Assembly: GCA_900617105.1 (NCBI GenBank)
Contig: UYFQ01000341.1
Coordinates: forward strand, 1-48,667
DNA: 48,667 nucleotides
Source of the DNA: Hydrurus foetidus
Taxonomy: Eukaryota
Direction: 5' to 3'
Part shown: one piece after another, positions 38,042 through 48,398 of the stretch
Position numbering within the stretch: the first letter of the stretch is position 1
Layout: each line of letters opens with the position of its first letter
Program-made: the position numbers and the translations under genes
Notes under the pieces: generated by a model
The model's database searches: none
Seen by the model: the letters and a program-made list of their open reading frames with translations, nothing else
Told to the model about the DNA's origin: nothing

Positions 38042-39256
38042 TTTATGAACAGTGGTCCACCGTCGAACCCGCTTGCTGTCAGTGCAATCTCACTTCCGCT
38101 CTGAGAGCATGGAGCGGCTGGAAGAGGCTGTGCAGTATTCCTTCAGTTATCTTATCTGTTTCCGTCCACGTCTTCCGTCGTCTTAGTTACAGTTGATCAA
38201 AGCATTGGACGATGGATAACAACATCGAAGTGAGAACAATCCGAGAGTTCACCGATGACCAAGTAGCCGGTTTATCATGAAACTGGTGGTTCAGCTCTGT
38301 GAAAATTTGCCCCCAGGGAACCAGGGAACAACCTGAACCCGACCTCCGACCATTTGAAGATCAGTGACGTCGCGACGCCAGTCCCGGAGGCGAGAATTTT
38401 TTCATTGCGAACAATTTTCCATTGAATCGAACTTCGGGTTCACGATGGAGGTTTTTGGTTGTGTGTAGGGCTGCAAGATAGTAGTCGATGTGTTACCGCG
38501 GCCTGACTAAGCAGGTCGCGTCTGATTTCAAACAAAGCGTGACTAGGGGGTTAATCAGAAGCAGAACAAAATAGACTATAAAGAGTTGTTGACTGTTTTG
38601 CTGTCGGATGCTGTAGTCTGTCAAGCACCACTAGGACAGACCCTATCGGTAAAAACTGTAACTAGGTATCAACCCAAAGTGGTGAATCACGTCTTCGTAT
38701 GCACATCCTAGCACATCCTGCAATTTCTGTGAAATGGCGAACAGTACTAGAACAGTCGCTAAAGTGAAAATACCAGGTGGCATCGTGATTTCTTTTCATG
38801 AGATAGATAATGAAAAGACCTATACATTTTATCCATTCTTGTCTGATCGCATACAACAGATTGCTCCGCCTACAGGACCAGAGAATTTTTCATATTCGTC
38901 ATAGATAGCTACAGTTGGAACGGAGCACCAAATATTGGTTGTGAGATAACTCGTCTTTGATATGCAGATACCTTTAGTGATAAACTAGCAGCTAAATGGG
39001 GTTTAGTGAAAAGGTTTTAAAATAATACTAGGTCGCGGGGCTGGATTCTCTCTCCCTACTTACACAACTCGAAAAAAGAGTGTTAAGGGAGGGGAGGTAA
39101 GTGGAGGGGAAGGGAGGGGAGGGGAATCGTTCAACAAATGAAGGGAGAGGAGCAACTTGGTTTGATGGACGTCAGTGCAGAAAAAATTTGCCTGGCCATC
39201 ACCATTATTCGTGAGTCGTGTGAGTCGTGTGACGTTTTTGAAAGGATACCGGACGG

Positions 39257-39519
39257 TAACGTAGAGATCGGTTGGAATAGTACCGGATGGGTCAGTATTT
39301 CAGCAAATTTTACACTGTGGCATCGGCTACTTAGTAAGTCAATTTGCACCACTGAGGCATCCGACTACTGGTTGGGTGCAAAATACAGTGTGATTTATGT
39401 ACTTCTGCCCATAAATAAGATTATCTAAGATGTAATCATGTTAGAGGTATCGGCACCTTAGTAAAATAAAATCCAAATGACTGAGTTATAATTTACTATT
39501 CCAACCGATCTCTACGTTA
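39257..39519. mobile_element. MITE with perfect 24-bp TIRs flanked by TA (Tc1/mariner-pogo-like); coordinates include both TA
   Basis: TA-ACGTAGAGATCGGTTGGAATAGTA (39257-39282) is the exact reverse complement of TACTATTCCAACCGATCTCTACGT-TA (39494-39519). No recognisable coding capacity inside. Confidence 0.85.
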
Positions 39520-39859
39520 GTATGGGTTCTCTGGAGCGGCTAGGAGCTAAGGCCGCTGACCGGTGCCGGTCCCTAAAGGGGCGGCTGCGGATGGGGAGAT
39601 ACCGAGGGACGGGACGGGGGACGATGACGATGATAGCGTTGGACTGACATGCAGCGGGAATAAGTCCCCCTAGTCGTTGTAGCGTCATCCTACTTTTTCG
39701 AACAATTATTCGGCACTTTTTCGAACTATTAATTTAGTGCGCCTGCTCGTAGTCGACACGCTTCATTTAGAGTGTTCTCTCACAATCTTTTGATTAACCT
39801 TAGTCTATCTAGTGTGACCTACCTCTAAGAGCGGAATAGAACTATAGGTGATATAGGCG

Positions 39860-40132
39860 TGTAGTCGCGGCCGGATTCGAGTACGAAGAATCCGGGTAAA
39901 GACGGTATGCTGGAGTAAACTGTTAGGTTAGTTACAGTTTGTGAAAGAAGCGAGCAAGCAGCTAACAACAGACACAAACGATAGGCTACAAGGGTGCTGA
40001 TGCTGATGAGCGTCCGTTACCGGTGGACAGTTGATGTGGATGAAAATAGACTATGGGTGCGTGAATTATATACATACGTGAATATATACAAACGTATATA
40101 AAGTGTACGGTGAACGTACGTGCTAGGCTACA
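39860..40132 (-). repeat. 3' LTR (273 bp)
   Basis: Identical to 45765-46037 except one substitution (g40012 vs t45917). Confidence 0.98.
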
Positions 40133-40148
40133 CTACTCCTTCCTCCTT
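40133..40148 (-). other. Polypurine tract (PPT)
   Basis: Minus strand reads AAGGAGGAAGGAGTAG directly abutting the 3' LTR. Confidence 0.9.
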
Positions 40149-40464
40149 AAAATTTAAGTTAAGTGAAAGAAAATGAATATGAGTGGAAATACATGTGGTA
40201 ACGTATAGCTCATTTGAAAAAGGTGCCACTTCAAATTATTCAGGGATCCCATACGCCTATCTATCGTCAAAGATTTGGTAGTATGTGTGGATATGAAAAT
40301 CAAAATGTTGTCGACACGATTTTCATCGGCGGCACTCCTTAGAGTCGGGGTATAATATCTAAACAATTATGTCAGACTCTTACTGACTAAAAACTCCCAA
40401 AAAGAATGTTGACCGACAACAAACAAAAAATAGGGTTGAAATCCATCATGGATATTGTTTAGTA

Positions 40465-40940
40465 TTATATATTTGTATCTACAACGTTTGTAAACTTTCT
40501 AGGTATTAAACGTTGAAGATTGTTAGATGTCAAGTATTCGTGTAATTTTTCGGTATCACGAAGATTGGCATAGGATGTCCATGAATTGTGTTCATCGGCA
40601 TAACCTAACCATTTGACAAGGAATTCTAACGAAGTTTTGCGTTGTAAGTCACCACGATGTTCAAGGATATTTTCAATATAAAATTCCATATAATCATGAC
40701 GAGCAACGTCTAATGGTTCAACACGTAGTGGATCAAAAAGAAAAGGTTTCATATCTGAAACATGATATTCTTTTTCGACATGAGAGATAAGATCATAAAG
40801 GGTAAACCTTGAGTTTGATCCGGAAATAACTCTCATAGGACCACGCCAGAACGTATGAAGACGTGTAGGCGGGTGACCTGTACGGTAATGTACCAATACA
40901 TACGTTCCGGGTTGGAAATCCGTATGTTGTAATTGTTTTT
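40465..40940 (-). CDS. Integrase C-terminus: GPY/F-like module and chromodomain (frameshifted from pol at ~40936-40940)
   Basis: FQPGTYVLVHY...FWRGPMRV followed by EFYIENILEHRG...FLVKWLGYADEHNSW..YANL. Confidence 0.92.
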
Positions 40941-43589
40941 ATGTGTCATATGAAGTAAGTCAGTGCGAAGAAGCTCTTTAGCAGCTGCTTTTCTAAGACT
41001 ATCTTGTGTCTTGAGAAGGTTACTCATATAGACTGACATAGATTTCTTTGAAGGAGGAACTTCGTCAATTGGACGGAACATACCACGATCAAGATTAACA
41101 CAGTTACCAAACAGTAATTGTGCAGAAGATATCTTTAAACGATCACTATGATTTGAATTAATTATTCTCATAACGAAAGGTAAAGCTAATTTGTAATCTT
41201 CTAATGAAGTGTTGTCGTATGTGAGTGATCGGATGTGACGGTTAATCTCTTTGTTCATACGTTCAACAATAGCATTTTCCTCCTTAGAGTAAGCTAATGT
41301 TAAACAGTGTCGAGTACCAACAAACGATAAAAACTCACGTATTACGTCAGCAATAAAGTGGGGACCGTTATCTGATCTTAACTGATGAGGTGCTCCGAAA
41401 CGACCAAAATGTTGTATTAGACATTGGGCGGCGGATAGTGCAGTTGAATCAGTAGTATGATACAATTCAGTCCAACGAGTGAATGTATCAATGATAACGA
41501 GGATATGTCCTCCGTCAGGAAATGGACCGACAAAGTCGATGTTTAAACATTCCATAGGGTAATACGACGAAGTCGTAAAAGGATGAGCATGAATAGGTAT
41601 TTTAATCATACTCATCTTTTGACATTGTGGGCAAAAGTCAATGAAATATCTAACATGATTTTCCATGAATTCCCACTTATGTTGATTTGCTTTCAATCGT
41701 TTCATAGTTCTGGCTAGTCCAAAATGACCAACCATAGAATTGTGAACTGATGATATAGCATTGTATTGCATATCGGTGAGTTGAATTTTCGGAATAATAG
41801 CTGCTGCAAGAATCATATCTGCAGAGTATTCCTTAGGTGAGTCGATCATATTGTTACGACATAGTCGAGACATAGAGTCGGCGATATCATTATCAACACC
41901 TTTAATAAATTCAATTTTATATGTATACTCTGAGAGTGCTACATACCACCGAACAATCATTGGATTAGAATTGTTATATATGTATAACAGATTTCTATGA
42001 TCCGTTCGAATTGTAAATAATCTATCACGTAAAAGTGATTGTAGAAAAATACAAGAATAGTAAATTGCATAAGCTTCCTTTTGAATAGTGGACCAACGAA
42101 GTTGAGACCCAGAAAGAGATTTGCTTACAAATGCAACCGGATAGTCCTTTCCATCAATAGTCTGGAAGAGGTAACCACCGATACCATAATCAGATGCATC
42201 AGTGTGCAACGTGATTGGTGCAGTATCACTAATGAAATGAATGGTAGTACATTTCGATACTTGTTCCTTTATTTCATTAAAAGCAGAAGTTGCTTCTGGT
42301 GTCCATACTATCCGTTTTGTTCTTTGATAATTTGTAAGTAACGCATGTAACGGTCTTACTATCGTAGACTGATTTCTGATGAAATCACGGAAATAGTTTA
42401 CCAATCCAAGAAAACTTTTAAGTTGTTTGGATACAGTAGGACAAGGAAAATCCAAAACTAATTGGATTTTACTCTGGGACATTCTAAGTCCCTCTTGTGA
42501 TATAACCTTACCAACAAATTTTAAATCGGCATAGCCAAGATAACATTTGGATGGTTTAAGGATCATTTTATGGAGACGAACGCGAGAAAAGAATTCTCGC
42601 AGTCGTGCAACAAAGTTGTCAGGACTGTTTCCAAAAATGTTAACGTCATCGATATAAATTTCTAAAATTCTATAAAGTAACGTATTTAACACTTCAGTAG
42701 CAATCATCTCTTGAAAATAAGAAGGTGCTTGCTTTAGACCAAAAGGTAGTCTAGTAAACTGATAGACACCACTATATAATATAAACGAAGTATATTTTTT
42801 AGTAGCGAGTGTTAATGCGGCTTGATGGTATGCTTGAGCAAAATCCACCGTGCCAAAGATCGTCGGTTTCTGAGAACCGATTCTCTGTAACATTTCCGTT
42901 ATGTTCGGTACGGGCCAAGAGGCATGTTCCGTACATTCGTTCAAGTTACGGTAATCTATAACGAATCTTTTAGATCCGTCAGCCTTAGTTACTAAAAATC
43001 CTTGGCTATAATAAGCCGCCGTGGATTTCTCAATAATACCCTGCTCAATGAGGATATTTAATTGTCTAGTAATCTCCTTCTGATTGGCTGCTGATTGAGG
43101 TCTAGGTGGTTGTCTATTTTTAGAGACACGCCACTTAGGGTCCTGAACAACCAGATCAAAAGGAGGAATAGAAGCAGGCTGAGATGAAAGTGTATTTGAA
43201 AAGATATCTCTGTATTCAATACAGAGTAGTCTAATCAACTCCTGAAGTTCAGGAGTACCCGATATGTTAATCAGGGATACTGGGTCAACCGGTTCCGGAT
43301 TGGTATCCGGTAACCAAGGTGAAAAGGTACTAGCCTCATGTTCACCGATTTCATCATCATCTGGCATAGCCAGTTGAGATGTATTCTCGGATTGAATGAC
43401 GAGAGAAGCTAGTAGACCTGATACAATAACCCTTTGGGGTGTTACTGAGGTCGCTGCCCTGTGCACTATATTAGTCGATGCTAATTGACTAGGCAACTCG
43501 AGGAATATTTGTGATTCCCGAATTGTCACTCGTCCGATCACAACATCGACTGAAGACTTGTTTAAAATAATTGCTTTGAAATTTAAAAA
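40833..43589 (-). CDS. pol: Pol: protease C-terminal half, reverse transcriptase, RNase H, integrase
   Basis: The frame is open upstream of the listed start (FLNFKAIILNKSSVDVVIGR). RT: RFVIDYRNLN, LPFGLKQAP, YIDD. RNase H: TDASDYGIGG, EAYAI, TDH, ADSMSR. Integrase: HNSMVGH...CPQC, NIDFVGP, SDNG, VERMN. Confidence 0.96.
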   Translation of the reverse strand, partial: FLNFKAIILNKSSVDVVIGRVTIRESQIFLELPSQLASTNIVHRAATSVTPQRVIVSGLLASLVIQSENTSQLAMPDDDEIGEHEASTFSPWLPDTNPEPVDPVSLINISGTPELQELIRLLCIEYRDIFSNTLSSQPASIPPFDLVVQDPKWRVSKNRQPPRPQSAANQKEITRQLNILIEQGIIEKSTAAYYSQGFLVTKADGSKRFVIDYRNLNECTEHASWPVPNITEMLQRIGSQKPTIFGTVDFAQAYHQAALTLATKKYTSFILYSGVYQFTRLPFGLKQAPSYFQEMIATEVLNTLLYRILEIYIDDVNIFGNSPDNFVARLREFFSRVRLHKMILKPSKCYLGYADLKFVGKVISQEGLRMSQSKIQLVLDFPCPTVSKQLKSFLGLVNYFRDFIRNQSTIVRPLHALLTNYQRTKRIVWTPEATSAFNEIKEQVSKCTTIHFISDTAPITLHTDASDYGIGGYLFQTIDGKDYPVAFVSKSLSGSQLRWSTIQKEAYAIYYSCIFLQSLLRDRLFTIRTDHRNLLYIYNNSNPMIVRWYVALSEYTYKIEFIKGVDNDIADSMSRLCRNNMIDSPKEYSADMILAAAIIPKIQLTDMQYNAISSVHNSMVGHFGLARTMKRLKANQHKWEFMENHVRYFIDFCPQCQKMSMIKIPIHAHPFTTSSYYPMECLNIDFVGPFPDGGHILVIIDTFTRWTELYHTTDSTALSAAQCLIQHFGRFGAPHQLRSDNGPHFIADVIREFLSFVGTRHCLTLAYSKEENAIVERMNKEINRHIRSLTYDNTSLEDYKLALPFVMRIINSNHSDRLKISSAQLLFGNCVNLDRGMFRPIDEVPPSKKSMSVYMSNLLKTQDSLRKAAAKELLRTDLLHMTHKNNYNIRISNPERMYWYITVQVTRLHVFIRSGVVL

Positions 43590-45664
43590 GTATTTTTATT
43601 TAAACGTTCAGAAAAGTAAGTCATTTTCAAATTTATAGACTTAGAAATGTTATAACATTTTCCATCTAAGGCTGAACAAACAGTCAGTGTCTTGTCGAAA
43701 ATAATAAATTCTTCTAAATGAAAATTCTTAATTACACGCATGGCAACAAAATTGCCGGCGAGCGATCCCGTATCGATCAGCACTTGGACTTCATTTCTTG
43801 GCTGGCTGGGCTGTGACACATAGGTGACAGTAGCAGTTAGAAAGTCGGCTGACGAAAGGTTCGTAAGAGCTCCCAATATGGAAGAAGGAATAACAACATC
43901 AGTGAAACTAATAGTTGATGATAACTTACTTGTCTTCTTTAAGCTCTTTTGCTTAGTGACCGGCTTAGACGGACCCTCCGGTACAGCCGAGGCTGACGCG
44001 GTAGCAGTAGAAGAAGAGGAAGAAGAGGAGGTGGTAGGCACGTACGCTCCTCTTGCAACCAATGCATCAGGGTAATCCTTTTTCAGTTTCTTAAATGCAT
44101 TGCTATCAGCATATGCACTGTCAGAAGAATTGAAGTAGGGTGATGCAGTAAATCTACACACAGAGATAGTGTGATTAGATCTTCCACAACCAACACAGAC
44201 CTGTACGGTGCGAGTGGTTGAGGGATTCGAAGACTTTGCAGTCTTCGCGGACTTAGCACGTGGTTTGATGGTGTCCTCATCAGGCTCAGCAGCGCGTTTG
44301 GAGATAGGCTTATCTTTAGAACGCGTAGCTGGGCCTGGAGTAACCTCATAACCAGCAGCCCGAAGCTCGTTAGCTGAGTTTCTGAGAGTAGTCAGTTGCG
44401 TCCACCAAACGAATCGAAAATCTTTCAAATCGTTGATTGGAACAGTCTCACCGTTCACCTTGCGGCGTAAGATGAGCTGCCAATTGACGGGGTGGGTAGG
44501 CAACTGACGCTCTAGAATCTTAACAGCCTTAAGCTGTTCCTCAGCAGTAGTGCTGGGGAAATTTGCTACCAATGCACCAAGGGCAGTATCGTTACAGGAG
44601 TCAGTCTCAATGTTGTTCAAATCAAATCTGAAATTGAACGATGAGACTTGCTCGAGGAACGATGCCTGACCCAAAGGTGTATCGATGGACTCATCAGGTA
44701 CTGCCTTGAGGAGTTCTTTGCAGAATCTCTCGGTAGTCCATGACTTCCACTCTTCGCACTCGTCGCGAATTGCTCTCTCAGTGCAATACTGCCTTTGCAG
44801 GAGTGTTACAAGAGATTGCTCGACGTCTAATGGTACCACGTCAAGAAACGTATAGGGGCAACCATTCTTGCGAAGGTCGTTGGTGATGCTTAAAACTTCC
44901 AGATGAGTTGGAACCTTGCTGAGCTTTCTAACCTTTTCATGAGGTAATAGATAGCGTGCAGCAAGGTTTGAAACAACAACATCGTTAGTAACACCACCAA
45001 CGGTAGCAAAAGTTGCCACACTCTGAACATTACTGTTCATGACATTGCTGTCTGAAGTGGGCAACAGGGAATCGGTTTGCACCGGGTTTGCAGGCAAAAC
45101 TGCGGCAGATAACACAGGCAGCACAGGCAAAGCAGGCAAAACATCACGCACAATGACAGGTAGTGGCGTGATGTCGGTGGCGGCGATGGCGGTGATGGCG
45201 GTGATGTCGGCGGTGGCGGCTATCATCGTGGATGATGATGGTGATGGTGCTGGTGGCGAAGGCGCCGGCTCCAAAATACTCCATCCACTCGCTGGGGAAG
45301 TTGTTGATGTTCAACAGAGACTTCCCCGCTTGGGATATCGCTAGATCCGCTGTAAAAGCTCCAGATGGAGCGGAAGATGGCTGCAAAAATTTTGCAAGGG
45401 GTTTCCCCCTCCCACGCCGGGGGCCAAATTCGAGAAGGGGTTAGAGGCGATAGATAGATGGGCTGCGACGTCAGTCGCAGCAACAGATGGATCTGGAAGC
45501 GAGGGAGGATTCGCCGAGTCGGAATCTCCCGTTGTGCTAGCGTCCTGGCTGTTGGCGACGATTTCGTCGACGGCGTCAGTTGATGGCGCTTCCTGTGAAA
45601 TCGACAGGGGAGCCGTCGAAACGGCCGATACCCTGGAAAGTCTTCGTCGGTTGCTGGAAACCAT
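43583..45664 (-). CDS. gag: Gag plus N-terminal half of aspartic protease (5' part interrupted between ~45390 and ~45273)
   Basis: ORF 45274-43583 contains a CCHC knuckle CVGCGRSNHTISVC and protease LIDTGS. An upstream same-frame ORF starts at ATG 45664, ~100 nt after the 5' LTR. The true start is uncertain. Confidence 0.8.
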
Positions 45665-45764
45665 ACTGGTGATCAGTGCCAGATGGTCGTCGGATGTCGG
45701 CGGTTGAAAATCTATCTAGCTCTCCAGTAACGAGAGTTCGTCTAACAACTCTCAATATTAATAT

Positions 45765-46037
45765 TGTAGTCGCGGCCGGATTCGAGTACGAAGAATCCGG
45801 GTAAAGACGGTATGCTGGAGTAAACTGTTAGGTTAGTTACAGTTTGTGAAAGAAGCGAGCAAGCAGCTAACAACAGACACAAACGATAGGCTACAAGGGT
45901 GCTGATGCTGATGAGCTTCCGTTACCGGTGGACAGTTGATGTGGATGAAAATAGACTATGGGTGCGTGAATTATATACATACGTGAATATATACAAACGT
46001 ATATAAAGTGTACGGTGAACGTACGTGCTAGGCTACA
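45765..46037 (-). repeat. 5' LTR (273 bp)
   Basis: Partner of 39860-40132; contains TATA-like TATATA stretches and a U5 inverted repeat CCGGATTC-N9-GAATCCGG. Confidence 0.98.
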
Positions 46038-46328
46038 GGCGGTGAAGCCAGTTGGTAAGATTGTCTCCGTTATACCCGGCCAAAAGTTTTTGTCCGATGG
46101 TCCATGATCCACATTTCAAAGATGAAAGGATGTCACACTTATATACGGCGTAGAGCATATTGCGCGTATTAAAAGGGAAACTCAAAGATCTCACTGACCA
46201 TTGAAGATTATGAACTGCATCCCCGTGACAGACAATTGTTCAATTGAATGACAGCTGCGAAATTCTCATCGAAATCCGTAGAAAACATCCAGAAATAGTC
46301 TTTACTACAGAGAAAGAAAGGACTTCAG

Positions 46329-48298
46329 ATGATGATGCCTTTTGTTGATCAAGTCACACAGCGGAAATTCGAAGTGGCGGTATCGTCGGCACCGAAGAAG
46401 ATAGCTAAGATCCAATTTGGTAAGGGTTGCCTCCCATTTTGAAGTTTATGTCGGAGTAACGTCACTAGAAGAGGTTCTGTGGTATTGGTTCATGGTCATT
46501 GGGAACTTTGTCATAGCCGCCACAGATGGATGCAAGACGATTTTTGTCACCAGATATTCTGCTTTACTGTAGTCAAAGTAGGCCTACAATGGATTCTGCA
46601 ACATTATTGATCTTCAGCAGCTCAATATGACTTTTGAGCATCATCCCTAGAGGAGTTCTCTTGGCTGTGCAAGCTGGAAAATTCTTAGAAGCAGTGATTG
46701 ATCTTCTCTGAGATTGTATTGATACTCATTGCATTCTACGATATCGTTTACTTCTTGGTGTGAAGACTGGTCTGATTGGCAGTTAACTCTACGACAGCAA
46801 TTAACTGATTGAATAATGATTGTTGGGAGAATGAAGCACCAGTTCCTGCGAATCAGCACAGAGAAGTGCAACGCGATTTGCTGATATTGTAGAAATGGCT
46901 CGATCAAGGATATTGCCCAACGGGCTTCTGGGAATACTTCCTCTTTTTGACTGTTGATTCTTGGGAGATTAATCCTAACAAAACAATCTATCTATCATAT
47001 TCATATGCAGGCACGTTGAAAACAGAAGAAATTCAAAAGATAGCAGAGCTGCATGTCAGCTCAAGAGTGCTCTTTCAAATGCCTCTGAGAAATGCAGCAG
47101 TTAACGGATGCATGGATGCGAGACTAGGAATCAGTGACAAAATAAGCAACTGCCAGACTTGCAAGTACGTACATGATTTAAGAATGTACTGTTTAGTGAA
47201 TGTGTGTGGATTGCGGTACTTAAAAGTGAGTATGGTGCATTATTGTCAGAACAAATCATCAGTTTTGGGATTTTCTTGTAGCATATTTGACGAATACAGA
47301 GTGGTAAATGTTCTTCTCAGCGGCAATTTTCGAGCACGAAAATATGGTAATTCCATTTTAGTTGTGACTTCGACAGTGCATTTTTATCGTCTACCAATAG
47401 CTTGCAAAATCTACAAAGTTTTTTACAAAGTGATTCGTGAATTCACCTAGACTGCTTACATCGACTCTTCCCAAGTTCAGTGCCCAGGGAAAGGGATTAT
47501 TGACTTCACTGTCTTCACCTTTTTGAGCATTCACATTTTTAAACTTTTAGTGGGACCGAGGAATAGCTGATGTTTTTTTAACCTTAATCATTTTTATTTT
47601 ATTGGCGCAGAGATAACTGTGTCTATTAATGAATGCTTGCAGATTAGATTTCTTGTTACAATTTTATGACGTGTTCAGCGCTCATTGCACTCATTTGTAT
47701 CATCGTCGAGGTCACAGCTAAACAGCAATACCACTGAGAACAACGATTCTCACTCTATATTCGTTGAATATGCTTCACGAAAATCCTGAAAAGTGCTGTC
47801 TGTTTTGACTTGCACAATATCACGCTTAAGTCGACTTTGTTCAATCACATCCAATACACTTCAATAGAACTATTAGAGTATCTAGAATTCATTTTTTTAT
47901 TCAATTTACTTGTATATCTTCTTACTGTGGTACCGTATTAAAATGATCCGAAATTCATTATTATATCTTCCAATATTTGTCCTCTCTTCAGCTAGCTTTG
48001 AATTATTTTCTACTCTGAAATTGCCGTTTTGATATCACATTATATTCATTTGATAGATCACTTTTAAACCAATAGTTAAATTTGAAATCGTGTGTAGTTC
48101 CCCCAAGGAAAAACTTGAACTCAAATTATTTAACCACTTATCAGATAACTTTTTATTATTTAATCATTTATTTTTCAATTGTTTAATTTTATTCACAGGA
48201 AAAGATTAACCGACTGTGCTGGGCATTTCGGCTACATTCAGCTGGAACTTCCGGTATTCCATGCCGGGTACTTCAAACACACACTGACCATCCTCCAG
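46329..48298 (+). CDS. RPC1: RNA polymerase III largest subunit, exons 1-3 (continues beyond the window)
   Basis: Exons 46329-46419, 47011-47164 and 48199-48298 splice in frame: ...[20 protein letters not shown]...[53 protein letters not shown]. This is the clamp zinc site, with Pol III-type GHFGYI.LELPVFH.GYFK. Confidence 0.9.
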
Positions 48299-48304
48299 GT
48301 GAAA

Positions 48305-48398
48305 TCAGAAACCGTGCAGATTGGTAGATTCAGAAACCGTATAAATTGGTAGATTCAGAAACCGTATAGATTGGTAGATTCAGAAACCGTATAAATTG
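48305..48398. repeat. 25-bp minisatellite, ~3.75 copies, at the start of RPC1 intron 3
   Basis: tcagaaaccgt(gc/at)a(g/a)attggtagat units start at 48305, 48330, 48355 and 48380. Confidence 0.93.

Larger units (their letters stand above)
39860..46037 (-). mobile_element. Full-length Ty3/Gypsy LTR retrotransposon with chromodomain (chromovirus-type)
   Basis: Two 273-bp LTRs with TGTAG...CTACA ends, GGCG target-site duplication (39856-39859 and 46038-46041), polypurine tract, and domain order gag-PR-RT-RH-IN-CHD. Confidence 0.98.

Noticed and set aside
43583..43600. Programmed -1 gag/pol frameshift
   Set aside because: The break splits the protease domain and there is no proper X XXY YYZ slippery heptamer in the zero frame; an indel is more likely.
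45765..46419. Pol III-targeted integration because the element sits next to RPC1
   Set aside because: RPC1 is a protein-coding (Pol II-transcribed) gene, and I found no tRNA or 5S gene near the insertion.
48305..48398. Regular 25-bp repeats as a possible CRISPR array
   Set aside because: Head-to-tail units with no unique spacers, inside a eukaryotic intron, and no cas genes.
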